A stretch of 64,000 nt of DNA from Terriglobia bacterium (lineage in GTDB: Bacteria > Acidobacteriota > Terriglobia > 20CM-2-55-15): NCBI GenBank assembly GCA_963664115.2, contig CAXWPJ010000002.1, positions 672,001 to 736,000 on the forward strand, read 5' to 3'. Below are positions 12,001 to 20,002 of the stretch, piece by piece. The notes beneath the pieces are model-generated. The model was given only the letters and a program-made list of their open reading frames with translations. It was not told where the DNA came from and searched no databases. The number at the start of each line of letters is the position of its first letter. Position 1 is the stretch's first letter. The position numbers were made by a program, and so were the translations under genes.

Positions 12001-13758
12001 ACGGTACTCGGTCACGGCGGCACTTTCGACTCGAACAACGGCCGGAAGCTTCCCGCGTACGCCATCTTCACGGTGAATCCTCTCGTCGGCGACGTGGACA
12101 ACATTACGGCCGGAAACGGCAGCGACGTCATCGTTGGTGGTTTTGCCGGTGACACGATTTACGCCAACGAAGGCAACAACACCGTTGTGGCCGACACGGC
12201 GTGGATCGAGATTGACTTCGGCCTGAGTCACACGACGTTGCCAGACGGTCACGCGTCTGCGGTTCCGCTGAGAGTCGAGAGCGTCCTCGATACGACAGAT
12301 CTCCAGCGCGCATGGACGGACTTTGATCTTCCCATCGATCCGTTCACTCCGGCCGACCTGATCGTCGCGATCGACGGCGACACCATCGAATCCGGCTCGG
12401 GCAACGACCTGATCGCGGGCGGCCTGGGCGACGATAGGATCACAGTTGACGGTGGTGCCAACACCGTGCTGGGTGACAACGGTGTCATCACCTTCCAGGA
12501 AGGCACGCGAATCCTCAGCTCTGTCGATTCGACGTACCTGACTCGCAGTGGTGGTGCCTTCATCCAGGGTGGCAATGACACCATCACGACGGGAATCGGG
12601 TCGGACGTCGTGATCGCAGGTCTGGGTGACGACACCATCGATGCCAGCGACGGCGACAACACCGTCCTGGGTGACGACAATATTGTTATTGGCGACGAAG
12701 GTCGGATCACCTATCAGTTGACCAGCGGACTGCGGGACCGGATTGAGAGCCTGTACCTGAACGAGGACGGGTTGTCAGCGCTGGATGCGGATGGCGCTGT
12801 AGTCGGCGACGACACGATCAGCACAGGCGACGGGCACGACGTGATCATTGGCGGCCTGGGCGGACTTACGATTGAGGGCGAGGTCACGATAGCAGCCGGT
12901 GACGGCGACAACATCGTTATTGCCGATGAAGGCTTCATCCAGTACCAGGATCAGGACGACACGGACACGACGTCGGTGCTTTGGGAAGTCTCCAGTCTGT
13001 ACCTGGACAATACCGCTGAGGGCGATACTGATCTGGACACCTTTGTCCAGGGCGGCAACGAGACGATCACCACCGGTACTGGCTCCGACATCATTATTGC
13101 CGGCCTGGGTAACGACACGATCGATGCCAGCGACGGCGACAACGCCGTCCTGGGTGACGACAATATCGTTATTGGCGACGAAGGCCGGATCACCTACCAG
13201 CTGGGCAGCGGACTGCGGGACCGGATTGAGAGCCTGTACCTGAACGAGGACGGGTTCTCGGCGCTGAATGCGGATGATGCGGAAGTCGGCGACGACACGA
13301 TCAGCACAGGCGACGGGCACGACGTGATCATTGGCGGCCTGGGCGGACTTACGATTGAGGGCGAGGTCACGATAGCAGCCGGTGACGGCGACAACATCGT
13401 TATTGCCGATGAAGGCTTCATCCAGTACCAGGATCAGGACGACACGGACATGACGTCGGTGCTTTGGGAAGTCTCCAGTCTGTACCTGGACAATACCGCT
13501 GAGGGCGATGACGATCTGGACACCTTTGTCCAGGGCGGCAACGAGACGATCACCACCGGTACTGGCTCCGACATCATTATTGCCGGCCTGGGTAACGACA
13601 CGATCGATGCCAGCGACGGCGACAACGCCGTCCTGGGTGACGACAATATCGTTATTGGCGACGAAGGCCGGATCACCTACCAGCTGGGCAGCGGACTGCG
13701 GGACCGGATTGAGAGCCTGTACCTGAACGAGGACGGGTTCTCGGCGCGATGCGGATGA
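1..13758 (+). CDS. Giant secreted Ca-binding repeat protein (RTX/hemolysin-type GGxGxD repeats, Calx-beta-like domains), 5'-truncated, part 1
   Basis: Frame 1 is open from base 1 (TGAFEVELNL...) for ~4,580 codons. It has many GGxGxD nonapeptides, EF-hand-like DADGDGKID and three FTPxNWDxxQTV-type motifs. The stop at 13756-13758 lies in a garbled repeat copy. Confidence 0.85.
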   Translation, partial: TGAFEVELNLGFGVSGGVSPIDFDASFNEVHTLFDAIDGGFSGGDGTIQASELNAALAGSYTGPAVTTVDQLLAAMITGPAPPLNGIPIADVQNALSTSFKTANPTAIETADADGDGKIDLGFEVNTGNPASPVVIDFDDFLISIRLGGEIELQDVFRLFGVFIFEADPSNLKAFVAAGLEFGPDVDAAESSKLFTMNALGALVINGAGIAADIDVSVSVGGAMRSVLSLNASARLVFNTTSADQTITIPARFVDFLTGSTDLSALPVSTLVDGSDPDSPLRSLTGTPGTPLDSRFTENADGSATFTIPGGAPRLGGLPNDPAGEYFLVSISGNLTIAQTFVISGAFHLKVSPTGLELGFNGSLDLGGFASVSVAGAAVIENGVFAAHVSLNLNLNVAGGLNISGGAILEINSSNASKTVFEADGITSHTILANTFKVTVTATLNLFNVLTANGTVTLGIVNGNFLIDVNASMNFFGLATLNVTGNLNTNGTFRLSGTLNLDLTVVGFGIDGSIGVTLTESSLSGHGSVGLVIAGQSIPIASASFSLNWVSGTFVIRAEGPLSVFVEVTVTTNPFSFSVTGGLGVLDAVFEALGAAAEAVGEAVVAAAQAVVGAIEDLGEAILDVAGDIVDFVGGFISDIGDVFSSVANTIAGWFSSRKTEVHQVSVGPRYTYGTSLSGGTLTVTNNSSSQLNLAIVGGDLIVDAPDFTESVTVAFRVDYHRTFDSSGWPHTWGWNSWNEVGRTNINRNITFSNTKSFAGVTKIVIIGTNGPETIVLDPASITINADVYGNGGNDTIVTGQGHDNVWGGDGGDIIFTNGGNDKLFGQNGDDFLFGGLGNDELYGGSGKDLLNENKITQTLARSNPLNEISETNILNGGSHDDMIVGSPGRDTIEGGSGDDLLLGLAHDDIYVFKNGYGTDQFADVDGAQSSGEEILDFSGVTNALDISMSISGFTASAGTGNLLSIGNVTSPNVPNLVAGFVWIDQIKLGSGSDTFAITALPSNHRIDIIDVGGNDTYDFDLDEADAAQSVAGVNIDDGAGGADQIDLDLFSTGFDIYLHPQAVLLNNLNVTFTGVETLNLTDHAVATTITTQPGSGPTELQVKSGVTIKSHTGGNIELLARGDFTLQAGGLIQTTGNVTIRGDHTNVVSTTIDLLGTINADNVAVFGNTHNDTVNVTNVTSGSETTISTNAGDDTINIQTIDADTTVHAGTGNDTVNVGTLAPATNGTANGIRALLTVNGDGNSGTGDTLNVDDRGDGANTGILTLDDIAGLFGFGGSIDYGTLETLNIHLGNAADTFTIQSTHSQATNLNTRGGVDTINVRNIAGVTTVNGGDGVDTIIVGTTAPTAGGTANGIAAHLKINGNGHTGAGDTLNVDDFGDGAGDTGGMTATRITGIFGAGGSITYTTLETLKIDLGTAGDTFTIDGTHGGPTTVNAGTGEDTININGSTGTLTVNGQEDNDTFNVRAIGGPVTINAGGGDDTINVGSSIGANFPNVNGIAALLTINGQGGGATGDTLNVDETGETVGNTGELTNNEVTLLGMGGKIVYGTIETLNISLGSGGDTFTIQSTHSADTNVNAGSGQDLIVINGTSGTLVVNGENGDDIVTVNATGASSTTTLNGQSDRDIFNIKAISGPVTIKGGNDDDTVNVGSNASGTVTNRNNNQNGTVDNIKALLKVDGDAPSASDILNIDDTGDASGDTGQLTSTRITGLFGAGGSITYGTVETLNIDLGTGDDKFRILSTHAGQTNLNTGPGIDEINVGSNAPAANGDVNAIVGPVDIDGDTEFDTLTVDDTGDPNANTGVLTLNTLTGLGMGSGITYAGLEAIEISLGSGGNTFRIDSTHEGTTLLNAGTVADTINVRTIDGDTTINGETGGDTINVGSTAPVHGGIVDGIRAVLTLNLGEDGDGNDFDQVNVDDSDDENDNDGRLTLNRITGLDMADGDYIDYFDAEDLNIDLGRGHDTFTIESTHTGTTKLDTGPGNDTIYVQTIAGETTINTQSGDDTINVGDTVDNVDAGDDYNTTDQISALLKIDGGTPPVGSDILNIFDSGDTTDNIGFLTDDGTTTSITGLDMSNGIEYVDIEELNVFLGSGDDIFNVSGTGSETWIYAGSGDDAVNINRIEDETVVFGQTGDDRFHVAVTIDQASGFLVDVDVNAEDPLIDPRNTGTGANEISPVNIARNSQNLIHAELTIDGRDGGDQYTIWLASSGAALINVFDTGAVGGDFLTVFGSDGDDLFLMRAGFGSKDLSAPYQPDTPAQVTASRADLVPGDLAAFGTARVGLVALLNNGRQSTAADVERVNYSRNIELNSGINGNLIVQGVGGRDEFYVDDNLAPTQLFGGSTANYFQFGQLYHSPRADNIFAGIADIADEFQTVETTRGFLSNGNSFDLTAIGAVNGPNEFVVLNNQATLNLLGGDDDDMFTIRSFAQVGSVDSSRRGVDISTGGGTNQIEYVVGAPINIDGGGGFNTLKVIGTEFGDDYVVTENGIFGAGRTVNFVNIQQLEIDAAEGNDRFFIVSTSPETSVILSGGLGSDVFFVGGDAPDIISRDLLGHSGIISHGVGSDDASFDGTKVNEISANVGDDDEAGIVITQSEGDTVVVDGVRSDSYTVVLTRQPSADVTVTASAPRGLVRDASGRVELRPTAQLFDFEIGTYADTVELVFTPGNWDTPQTVWIQAATGQPHTGITNGFISHDVAGDRVPGTTTQALRVVGQDPNRLVDTSANFGGNDSLRGATVVITEGPGKGLTRNVIGNTDTTLILDKPWFLDEVSAGSAGSAANQSDYEVRLYEGLAIPVVSVKVYFPDAGAAIIAPGGILSVIEQPEGAGYAFGARTRFEDSYQVVLTERPGPAESVTVTIDTGSSGLRANQASLTFDENNWDQPQTVRVAIGSDDIVEKTELLEIEHSIAGEAMESLFVRVTDGDSSNVVVTETAGSTSVIEDSLSRTDIPRADAYEIVLSRRPTSNVEIVVRAEGTRTSKGRVVKFGEQVEVATNASGFSNTITLVFTPDNWDQAQTVRVKALNDGVVDGGDTKVFPRLADDTSRIQGPLRIQGGGGQGSLVGLPIPVLLPGETNEFLPSGAIQAPEAAGSSSVVVSADDLSVFMIKYGLTFGQEAGAGTFDAVVGKTLRILDGRNATEFDDRFGPQPDESLPETFNPANPVHQRLVPFREILGATDLLNGTVRLTFNLSWNFAMTAGDEFALINSSPANFFAVEDDQVDLMLVLDSDARSDEEGRLIFHTENDPNVDIPMANRGQLIGLGMHDGRTLGEGAGAKRLPAGIVFDEIEMLDITLGGGKDHFVIDGTHSGATRVNGGGGNDVIEVLGISGVTTVNGGPGDNTTTVGDPTTDGRTLSRIAALLSVGGDIPSAIARTTVRGEPDVFAPGGGLIAAGSTNEQEILINAGGGTFTIRFKGVVTDPDALPPAGVESAPINHDADAATIKQALIDVGGLTDADFEVVRFGDRIVIRFTETGQFAKKPMHVLGTGSGNLLQGGTNTLNVIGTADALNTWAVLTESTLTGMGTTVHNSIQTVFVDDPQQRQGEDDLRKFKLIYDSVETSELDYSSTAAEMEAALELLPSIGDGNVSVSKVDNVFIIRFQGDLTNRNLELSAITTRAEDTHVFVGVREPGIDKLDPTIFPPSAETQARNDVQTVRIDATGGTFRLEVAGAWTGDVAYNATADEVRDALQRLVGSQFADDVSVVRFATTYQVMFQGLLRQVMGGVGTGLMKVDTSNLTGTAVITTRMDGINYYYIDELNIEFGSGSDVLNVQSTSAEETNIALHDGNDRIFISSDADLDRNTLAPDGAAYAFDFLTGNVDGIVGDLNIDAGDGRHIMMISDESTELTKGTEDDPVTIQRTAARPDVEIEILGLNFVGGAIRYGAAPAGNFFDGITLWGGQNGNEFDIDATHRRDDATWRTQTTLNTGDGADTVSVSLTAAADGFFVLNTQGDGDDIDARTSTLPMVIFGGEDSDTIFGGQGGDIIFGDLGRVVYRDEIGDVSTVLGHGGTFDSNNGRKLPAYAIFTVNPLVGDVDNITAGNGSDVIVGGFAGDTIYANEGNNTVVADTAWIEIDFGLSHTTLPDGHASAVPLRVESVLDTTDLQRAWTDFDLPIDPFTPADLIVAIDGDTIESGSGNDLIAGGLGDDRITVDGGANTVLGDNGVITFQEGTRILSSVDSTYLTRSGGAFIQGGNDTITTGIGSDVVIAGLGDDTIDASDGDNTVLGDDNIVIGDEGRITYQLTSGLRDRIESLYLNEDGLSALDADGAVVGDDTISTGDGHDVIIGGLGGLTIEGEVTIAAGDGDNIVIADEGFIQYQDQDDTDTTSVLWEVSSLYLDNTAEGDTDLDTFVQGGNETITTGTGSDIIIAGLGNDTIDASDGDNAVLGDDNIVIGDEGRITYQLGSGLRDRIESLYLNEDGFSALNADDAEVGDDTISTGDGHDVIIGGLGGLTIEGEVTIAAGDGDNIVIADEGFIQYQDQDDTDMTSVLWEVSSLYLDNTAEGDDDLDTFVQGGNETITTGTGSDIIIAGLGNDTIDASDGDNAVLGDDNIVIGDEGRITYQLGSGLRDRIESLYLNEDGFSARCG

Positions 13759-14050
13759 CGACCGACACGCGAGGCGACGGGGATGACATGGATAATACCG
13801 CGGACTTACGATTGAGGGCGAGGTCACGATAGCAGCCGGTGACGGCGACAACATCGTTATTGCCGATGAAGGCTTCATCCAGTACCAGGATCAGGACGAC
13901 ACGGACATGACGTCGGTGCTTTGGGAAGTCTCCAGTCTGTACCTGGATAATACCGCTGAGGGCGATGACGATCTGGACACCTTTGTTCAGGGTGGCAACG
14001 AGACGATCACGACCGGCGAAGGGGATGACATCGTCATCGCCAGCCTGGGC
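12565..14050 (+). repeat. Near-identical 483-bp (161-aa) intragenic tandem repeat, ~3 copies
   Basis: The anchor CAGGG(T/C)GGCAA recurs at 12565, 13048, 13531 (spacing 483) and 13988 (spacing 457). Confidence 0.9.
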
Positions 14051-17000
14051 AACGATGACGTTAAAGCTGGCAACGGCGACAACGTCGTCCTGGGTGACGA
14101 GGGCTCGGTTATGTTCCAGACCGGCAGCGGGTTCCTGCATGGGATCTGGAGCGAATCTCTGAACGAAGCGGGGCAAGCGCCGCAGGAAGCAGATGACGCC
14201 TCCGTCGGCAACGACACGATCACGACAGGTTCCGGGCGCGACTACGTCCTGTTCGGCTCCGGTGACAATTCGGTCGTAACTGGCGCCGGCGATGACATCG
14301 TCCTCGCCGATGGACATATCGACTTCCATGCCGGCACGAACCTGCCGGCGGTACTGCACACTGTGTTCCTCGACGGCAACAACGTGCTCCTGCCGCCGAC
14401 CAACAACGTGCTTGACGGCGGTGAGGACCAAGACATCCTGATCGGCGGATCGGGACACGACTGGATCGAGGCGGGAAGTGGCGATGACATCGTCATCGGT
14501 GACGAAGTCCGGATCAGCTTCGATCAGGGCAGAGCAGAAGATGGCTTCGTTGTCGCGGACTTCATCCAGACCGTGTTCTTCACGCCGCTCGCTCCGGTAG
14601 GGTTGGGCGACCAACCCGTTGGCCAGCTGATTCCTGGCGGCATCGACGCCATTCTCGGCCAGGAGGGTGACGACATTCTCGCCGGTGGATCGCTCGACGA
14701 CGTCATTGACGGCGGAACGGAACGCGATCAGGTGTTCGGTGACAACGTGACGCTCGACCGGCAGGGCCGCCTTGACAACAACTCGAATCAGCGATTCCGA
14801 GCCCTCACCGGTGACGAGATTTATGCGACGGAACTCAACCAGAACGGCGATCTGCTGATCGACCGCACCGACGTCGATGGCGAATACGGGGATCCGGACT
14901 GGGCTGGAAACGCTCCGTTCTGGGCCGACTTTGTCGTCACCGGCCACGATGGCCTGACGACACCGGGGCTCGTCGACCTGGTCCAGAATGACGCGAATCG
15001 GACCTATGGCAGCGACATTCTCGCCGGCGGCAGCAACGATGACATGATCTTCGGCCAGCGCGGTGAAGACACGATTCAGGGCGACGGATCGGTGTTCTTC
15101 GACGTCTGGAAAGTGAACGTCGATTCCAGTGTCGGCGGATTCGTCGCCGAAACGCTTAACCAATCGACTTTCGAACCCTTGAACGTCGACGGATTCGCCC
15201 CGGTCGGTCTGTTCGACGCCTTCACGTTGCGGCCTGCGGCACCCGATTATCTGCCGGCGTCGTCTGAGGCGGCCACCGACGGCGACGACTACATCGAGGG
15301 TGGTGTCGACACCGACGTCATCTTCGGCGACCTGGGTCAGAATGACATCATCGGGGGCAGCTCCAACCAGTTCGGTCTCGACTTTGCCTGGCAGCGTGCG
15401 GGTCTTTCCTTAACGGCCTTCGCCGCATCCGGTCGGCCCGTCGATGGCAGTGGCGCCGACATTCTGTTCGGTGGTGCCGGCTTGCGGATCGACCACAACA
15501 ACCCGGGCTTCGACAGCGACGACTCTCTGGTGTCCTTCGAAGACCGTCATGCACGGAACGCCAACGTCATCGTGGGTGACAACGGCAACATCTTCCGCCT
15601 CACCGGAACCGGTGGCTTCGACACGGGCGCGAACCTGACATTCAACTACGATGCCCAGGATGTCACCCGTGGCGACCTGCGCGTCAAAGCACGCGGTGTG
15701 GACCTGCTCGATTACTTCCGCTGGACGATCGCCACCGCAGCCGGTGTCGCGGTTCCTTCGCACCTGGGCTTTGACGGTGAGATCGGCGCGGGCGACCTGA
15801 TCCATGGTGGCTCGGGCGACGACGTGATCTACGGCATGGGCGGCGACAACGTGATCTTCGGTCATGGTGGCGACGACGTGATCGTCGGTGGCTACGGTAA
15901 CGACTGGATATCGGGCGGTGTCGGCGACGACGGCATTCTCGGTGATGATGGTGTCATGGCGATCTCCAGAGACAGCAGCGCCTACGGTGAGCCGCTCTAC
16001 GGGATCGATCCGATCGCAACGGGCGAGTTGACTACGGAACTGGCAGCACCTGGACCGGCATTCCACGACATTATCAATGTCGAGGGCGAGTTGACGCACA
16101 CAGCCAGACTGTTCGCCTTCATCTACGAGTTCGGCGGAAACGACATCGCTTACGGCGGTCTGGGCAGCGATTCGATCCACGGTGGCGTGGGCGACGACGC
16201 CCTCTCCGGCGCAGAGGCGCTTCCCGGATACTTCTCCGGCGAGCTGAACGAGTTGCTGAAGGCCACACAGGGCGACGGAAATACCTCTACAGAGCCGTGG
16301 TTCTTCGATACAGCGCCGTTCAACCCCGGAGACATCCTCCAGTACCAGCTGGGCGAAAGCGCCTGGTTCAGGCTCTTTAATCAGCTGGATCCGCTGCGGA
16401 TGATGCTGGTCGACTCTGCCGGCAACCGGGTCGATGCCGCCGACGTGGATATCGCATTGGCCGATTCGAACGGGCAGAATGAAATCGCCAACGTCGACTA
16501 TGACGCCACGAAGTGGTCCAGCGCAGCCACCGGCGAAGAGGTCTTCGACTTCTTCCTGAACTTCGATCCGAACGAGGGTGTGCTGGATACCCGCTTCACG
16601 ACGACAGATCCGCAAATGTCCGACGGCGACGACGTGATCTTCGGCGACCTGGGTAACGACTGGATCGTCGGCGGCACGGGACGCGACCATGTGTGGGGTG
16701 GTGCCGACGATGACGTCCTCAACGTGGACGACAACCATCTGACGACTATCTTCGAACAGCAAGATCCGATCGCTAACGATTCGGCTGACCCGTTCCAGGC
16801 GTATTCGGATATCGGCTATGGCGGAATCGGACGAGATGCCTTGCTGGCAAACACGGGTGCAGATCGAGTCATTGACTGGATCGGCGAGTTTAACAGCTAC
16901 TCGGTTCCGTTCAATCCGTTCGGTGGCCACCAGATCTCACGTCAGATCTCGCCGGGCCTCCGCGAGTTCCTCTATGAACTTGCCCGGGCTGACGGTGCTG

Positions 17001-17410
17001 ACCTGCTGGTCGGTGTGGAACGCGGTGGCACACCCGAGCGCAACGGTGAGCCGTTCGGCGAGACAACCGTGGTCACGTCTGCCGATGAAGCATGGGCGGC
17101 GCAGCACGGGGCTCCTCTGGATCAGCAGCCGGGCAGCTATCCGGGACGCCGTGTCCTGATGTTGCGGGAGCTTGAAGGTCCAGTGGCTGGAACGTTGAAC
17201 GTGGATAGCCCGACGACCACCGGCGGTGACACAACTCTTGCCGGAGACTCCTCGACCGGAACGGGCGATACCGCGACGTCCGATGGCGGGGCGACCGGCG
17301 ATGGGACTGGCGGTGACACCGAAACGCCCAGCACCGGAAATAACGGAAACGGCAGCGGTGGTGGGAACAGCAACGCGGGCGGCAACGGCGGCGGTAGCAA
17401 AAAGGAATAG
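13800..17410 (+). CDS. Giant repeat protein, C-terminal part (continuation after frameshift)
   Basis: The listed ORF 13907..17410 continues the same 161-aa repeat (TSVLWEVSSLYLDNTAEG), then GGxGxD repeats and a Gly/Thr/Asn-rich tail. It is most likely the same gene as part 1. Confidence 0.8.
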
Positions 17411-17568
17411 ATCGAGAACTTCAACCCGGGAATTCACTATCCCTTTCCAAGGACCCGAATTTACCGCGCCTCTGCTCCTCGATTCCGAATCCCAGCGGCA
17501 TTAAATTTGCTCGATGAACCGTACGGTCAATCGCGGGCGGTTCTGTGTTTCGCCGCGTCGCTGGAATC

Positions 17569-18042
17569 CTAATCCAACTTGACGCCTGGTATGGTGCTCG
17601 ATCCCGGCCGGATCTGGGGCATATAGATCACACGAAACGGCAGTCTCGTTAACAGATCCGTTTTTCCGCGATCGTCGAGGAAAATCTCAAACCAATAGAC
17701 ACCGGCCATTTCGAATCGTAACTTCATCTTGCAGACGAGATCGCCAACACGGTCGTCATCGCCTTCGAAGTTGATCGCTTGGCGAATGACTTCGTTCGAA
17801 TCGCCCGACGGTGCCACAAGACGGACAACTATCGAGTACAGCCCACGCGTGGCTCCCGACGTCAATTTCATGAACAGGGCGAGTTGATAATCAAATGGCG
17901 GAAGGGTTGAGGGAGGATCCGGTCCCACGCGCACGTGAGTGACCCGATCGATTATCCGGACAGCCGTTTTGATGCCGTCTTTCTCCTCCAATACCTTCTC
18001 GCACAATAGTGCTGTGATGTATGGTCCCTGATTGTCGTTCAT
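17569..18042 (-). CDS. Hypothetical protein, DUF6941-like
   Basis: ATG at 18042 follows GGAGCAGGAAAAC. The N-terminal ALLCEKVLEEKDG and C-terminal F..AGVYWFEI.LD pattern resembles DUF6941 proteins. Confidence 0.6.
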   Translation of the reverse strand: MNDNQGPYITALLCEKVLEEKDGIKTAVRIIDRVTHVRVGPDPPSTLPPFDYQLALFMKLTSGATRGLYSIVVRLVAPSGDSNEVIRQAINFEGDDDRVGDLVCKMKLRFEMAGVYWFEIFLDDRGKTDLLTRLPFRVIYMPQIRPGSSTIPGVKLD

Positions 18043-18606
18043 GTTTTCCTGCTCCGCACAGGATTGTACCGTGTACGTCGTCAGAGTAATTGGCACAAAA
18101 TCTCAGTTTTGCTAAGAGATGGTTTTGAAGTTATAGTGATTTCGATAACGTAAAAGGGACCCACCCCTGATAGCCTCCCGGCACGTGCCCGGATGAACCG
18201 GCACGGCGGCGGTCTTACTTATGAACCACTAACCTGGGGGTGGGTCCTTTTTACTCGATCGAGGCGGGCTCTTTTTACGTTGTCAAAGCGATTGTAACAG
18301 TCCAGTCCTGAGATTGGCTATCAAGTGGTGGCAATCTCAAAGCTGTCCTGAATAGTTTGAAGAGCTGAAAGAACGTGTGCCCGTGCCCTGACTTTCTGGG
18401 TCAAGTCCTGAGAAATGATCTTCCTGACGTTGAGAACTGTAATTCCTGTTTTCTACCGCGTTAAGAACAGTCTCGAATCGAAATAGCGAAAACCCCGGCG
18501 TTTTAGTGCTTCGGAATGAACACCATGGACGCGGTTGTTCTTAGAGGTGGACCCCATACGTTGGACAGCTTGGCAGCCAATTTAAGGTGGATTCCGCGGT
18601 TCATGT

Positions 18607-19455
18607 TTATGCTGCCGAGGTCAGTGGCCGTGTTCCCGCGTAGGCTTCGCTCGGCGTGAGATCGTCGAGTTTGGAATGCGGGCGGTCGTTATTGTAATAG
18701 TTCATCCAGACACCTATGTGGTGCCGGGCATCTTTGAAGTCACTGAAGGCGTTTAGATAAACGCATTCGTATTTGATCGAGCGCCATAGGCGTTCGATGA
18801 AAACGTTGTCGATCCATTGCCCCTTGCCGTCCATGGAGATCCGGATACCTCGTTCTTTAAGTCGGTCCGTCCAGGCCCTGCTGGTGAACTGGCTGCCCTG
18901 ATCGGTGTTGAAGATTTCCGGACTGCCGTATTCCTCGATCGCCTCGTCGAGGGCTTCAAGGCAAAACGTCGTGTCCTGGGTGTTGGACAGCCGCCAGGAC
19001 AACACCTTCCGCGTATGCCAGTCCATGATCGCGACCAGATATAAGAATCCGTGCGCCATCGGGATATACGTCACGTCGGTAGACCACGCTTGATTCGCCC
19101 GCTCCACGGCAATGTCGTTGAGTAGATATGGGTACACCGGATGAGCCGGGTTTCTCCGGGACGTCTGCGGTGCCACCGAGCGCAGCCCCATCAACCGCAT
19201 TAGTCGGCGTACCCGCTTCCGGCCCACATCGTAGCCGAGACGTTTCAGATGACGCGTCATCTGCCTGGACCCATACCAGGGCATCTTCAGATACGCCTCG
19301 TCGATCACGCGCATCAGGTCCAGATTGCGATCACTCTCACCCCGTGGCCGATAGTACCAACTCGAACGGCTCAACCCGATCAAGTCGCATTGCCGGACCA
19401 CACTGAGCTGCTCATGGCCCGGTTCGACCACCTCGCGCCTTCGACCCAAGCTCAT
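18607..19455 (-). CDS. IS3-family transposase OrfB (DDE integrase core)
   Basis: Motifs WSTDVTYI, FNTDQGSQFTS, DNVFIERLWRSIKYE, YNNDRPHS. Confidence 0.95.
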   Translation of the reverse strand: MSLGRRREVVEPGHEQLSVVRQCDLIGLSRSSWYYRPRGESDRNLDLMRVIDEAYLKMPWYGSRQMTRHLKRLGYDVGRKRVRRLMRLMGLRSVAPQTSRRNPAHPVYPYLLNDIAVERANQAWSTDVTYIPMAHGFLYLVAIMDWHTRKVLSWRLSNTQDTTFCLEALDEAIEEYGSPEIFNTDQGSQFTSRAWTDRLKERGIRISMDGKGQWIDNVFIERLWRSIKYECVYLNAFSDFKDARHHIGVWMNYYNNDRPHSKLDDLTPSEAYAGTRPLTSAA

Positions 19456-19733
19456 CGATTGAAGGCTCGTGCTAAAAAATCCCGTTCCACGACCAGTTCA
19501 CCGATCTTGGCCTGCAGGTCTTTGATCTCGTCCTCGTGGTTCCGGGCCGATGGATCCCGGCCTCGCTGGAATCCTTCTTTAACGCTATCAAGCGCATCAC
19601 GCTTCCACTTCGTGATCATGTTCGGATGGATCTTGTACCGCGCCGCCAATTCGGCCATCGTGCCGTCGCCACGCATCGCGGCCAGCGCTACCTTCGCTTT
19701 GAAATCTGCTGAAAAATTCCGTCGTTTCGCCAT
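19452..19733 (-). CDS. IS3-family transposase OrfA (HTH)
   Basis: RRNFSADFKAKVAL...HPNMITKWK...KIGELVVERDFL. It overlaps orfB by ATGA and has a T6 tract (GGATTTTTTAG) near its end. Confidence 0.93.
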   Translation of the reverse strand: MAKRRNFSADFKAKVALAAMRGDGTMAELAARYKIHPNMITKWKRDALDSVKEGFQRGRDPSARNHEDEIKDLQAKIGELVVERDFLARAFNR

Positions 19734-19826
19734 CGTCGTTAGGTCCTCTCATCTATGCAGAGTCCACCTTATAACGCTGTCCTAATTTTGGGGGCCACTT
19801 CTCTTTGTTTTCAATCGACAACCAAT

Positions 19827-19869
19827 TTCCCAAGCTGGACGTCGCGGGTTCGATCCCCGTCTCCCGCTC
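19827..19869 (+). pseudogene. 3'-half tRNA-Gly(CCC) remnant (att-like site 1)
   Basis: TTCCCAAGCTGGACGTCGCGGGTTCGATCCCCGTCTCCCGCTC contains the anticodon loop, T-arm and acceptor 3' strand. No 5' half lies upstream. Confidence 0.85.
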
Positions 19870-20002
19870 TGTAGTTGCAACAACTTGGATGGTGGGCTGA
19901 AAAGCTCTACCGCATTTCTGCTGAAATTAACGCACACACGCCGATCCCAGGATCTACAAGACTTCACGCCGACACTAAAGGGACGGCCGACGTTTCCGCT
20001 GC

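Larger units (their letters stand above)
18543..19802 (-). mobile_element. IS3-family insertion sequence, apparently complete
   Basis: 27-bp imperfect terminal inverted repeats (AGAGGTGGACCCCATACGTTGGACAGC vs AGAAGTGGCCCCCAAAATTAGGACAGC), a 3-bp CTT direct repeat at 18540-18542 and 19803-19805, and orfA/orfB inside. Confidence 0.92.

Noticed and set aside
13745-13906. Programmed frameshift in the giant gene
   Set aside because: There is no slippery heptamer, and multiple scattered indels relative to the sister repeat copies point to sequence error or damage.
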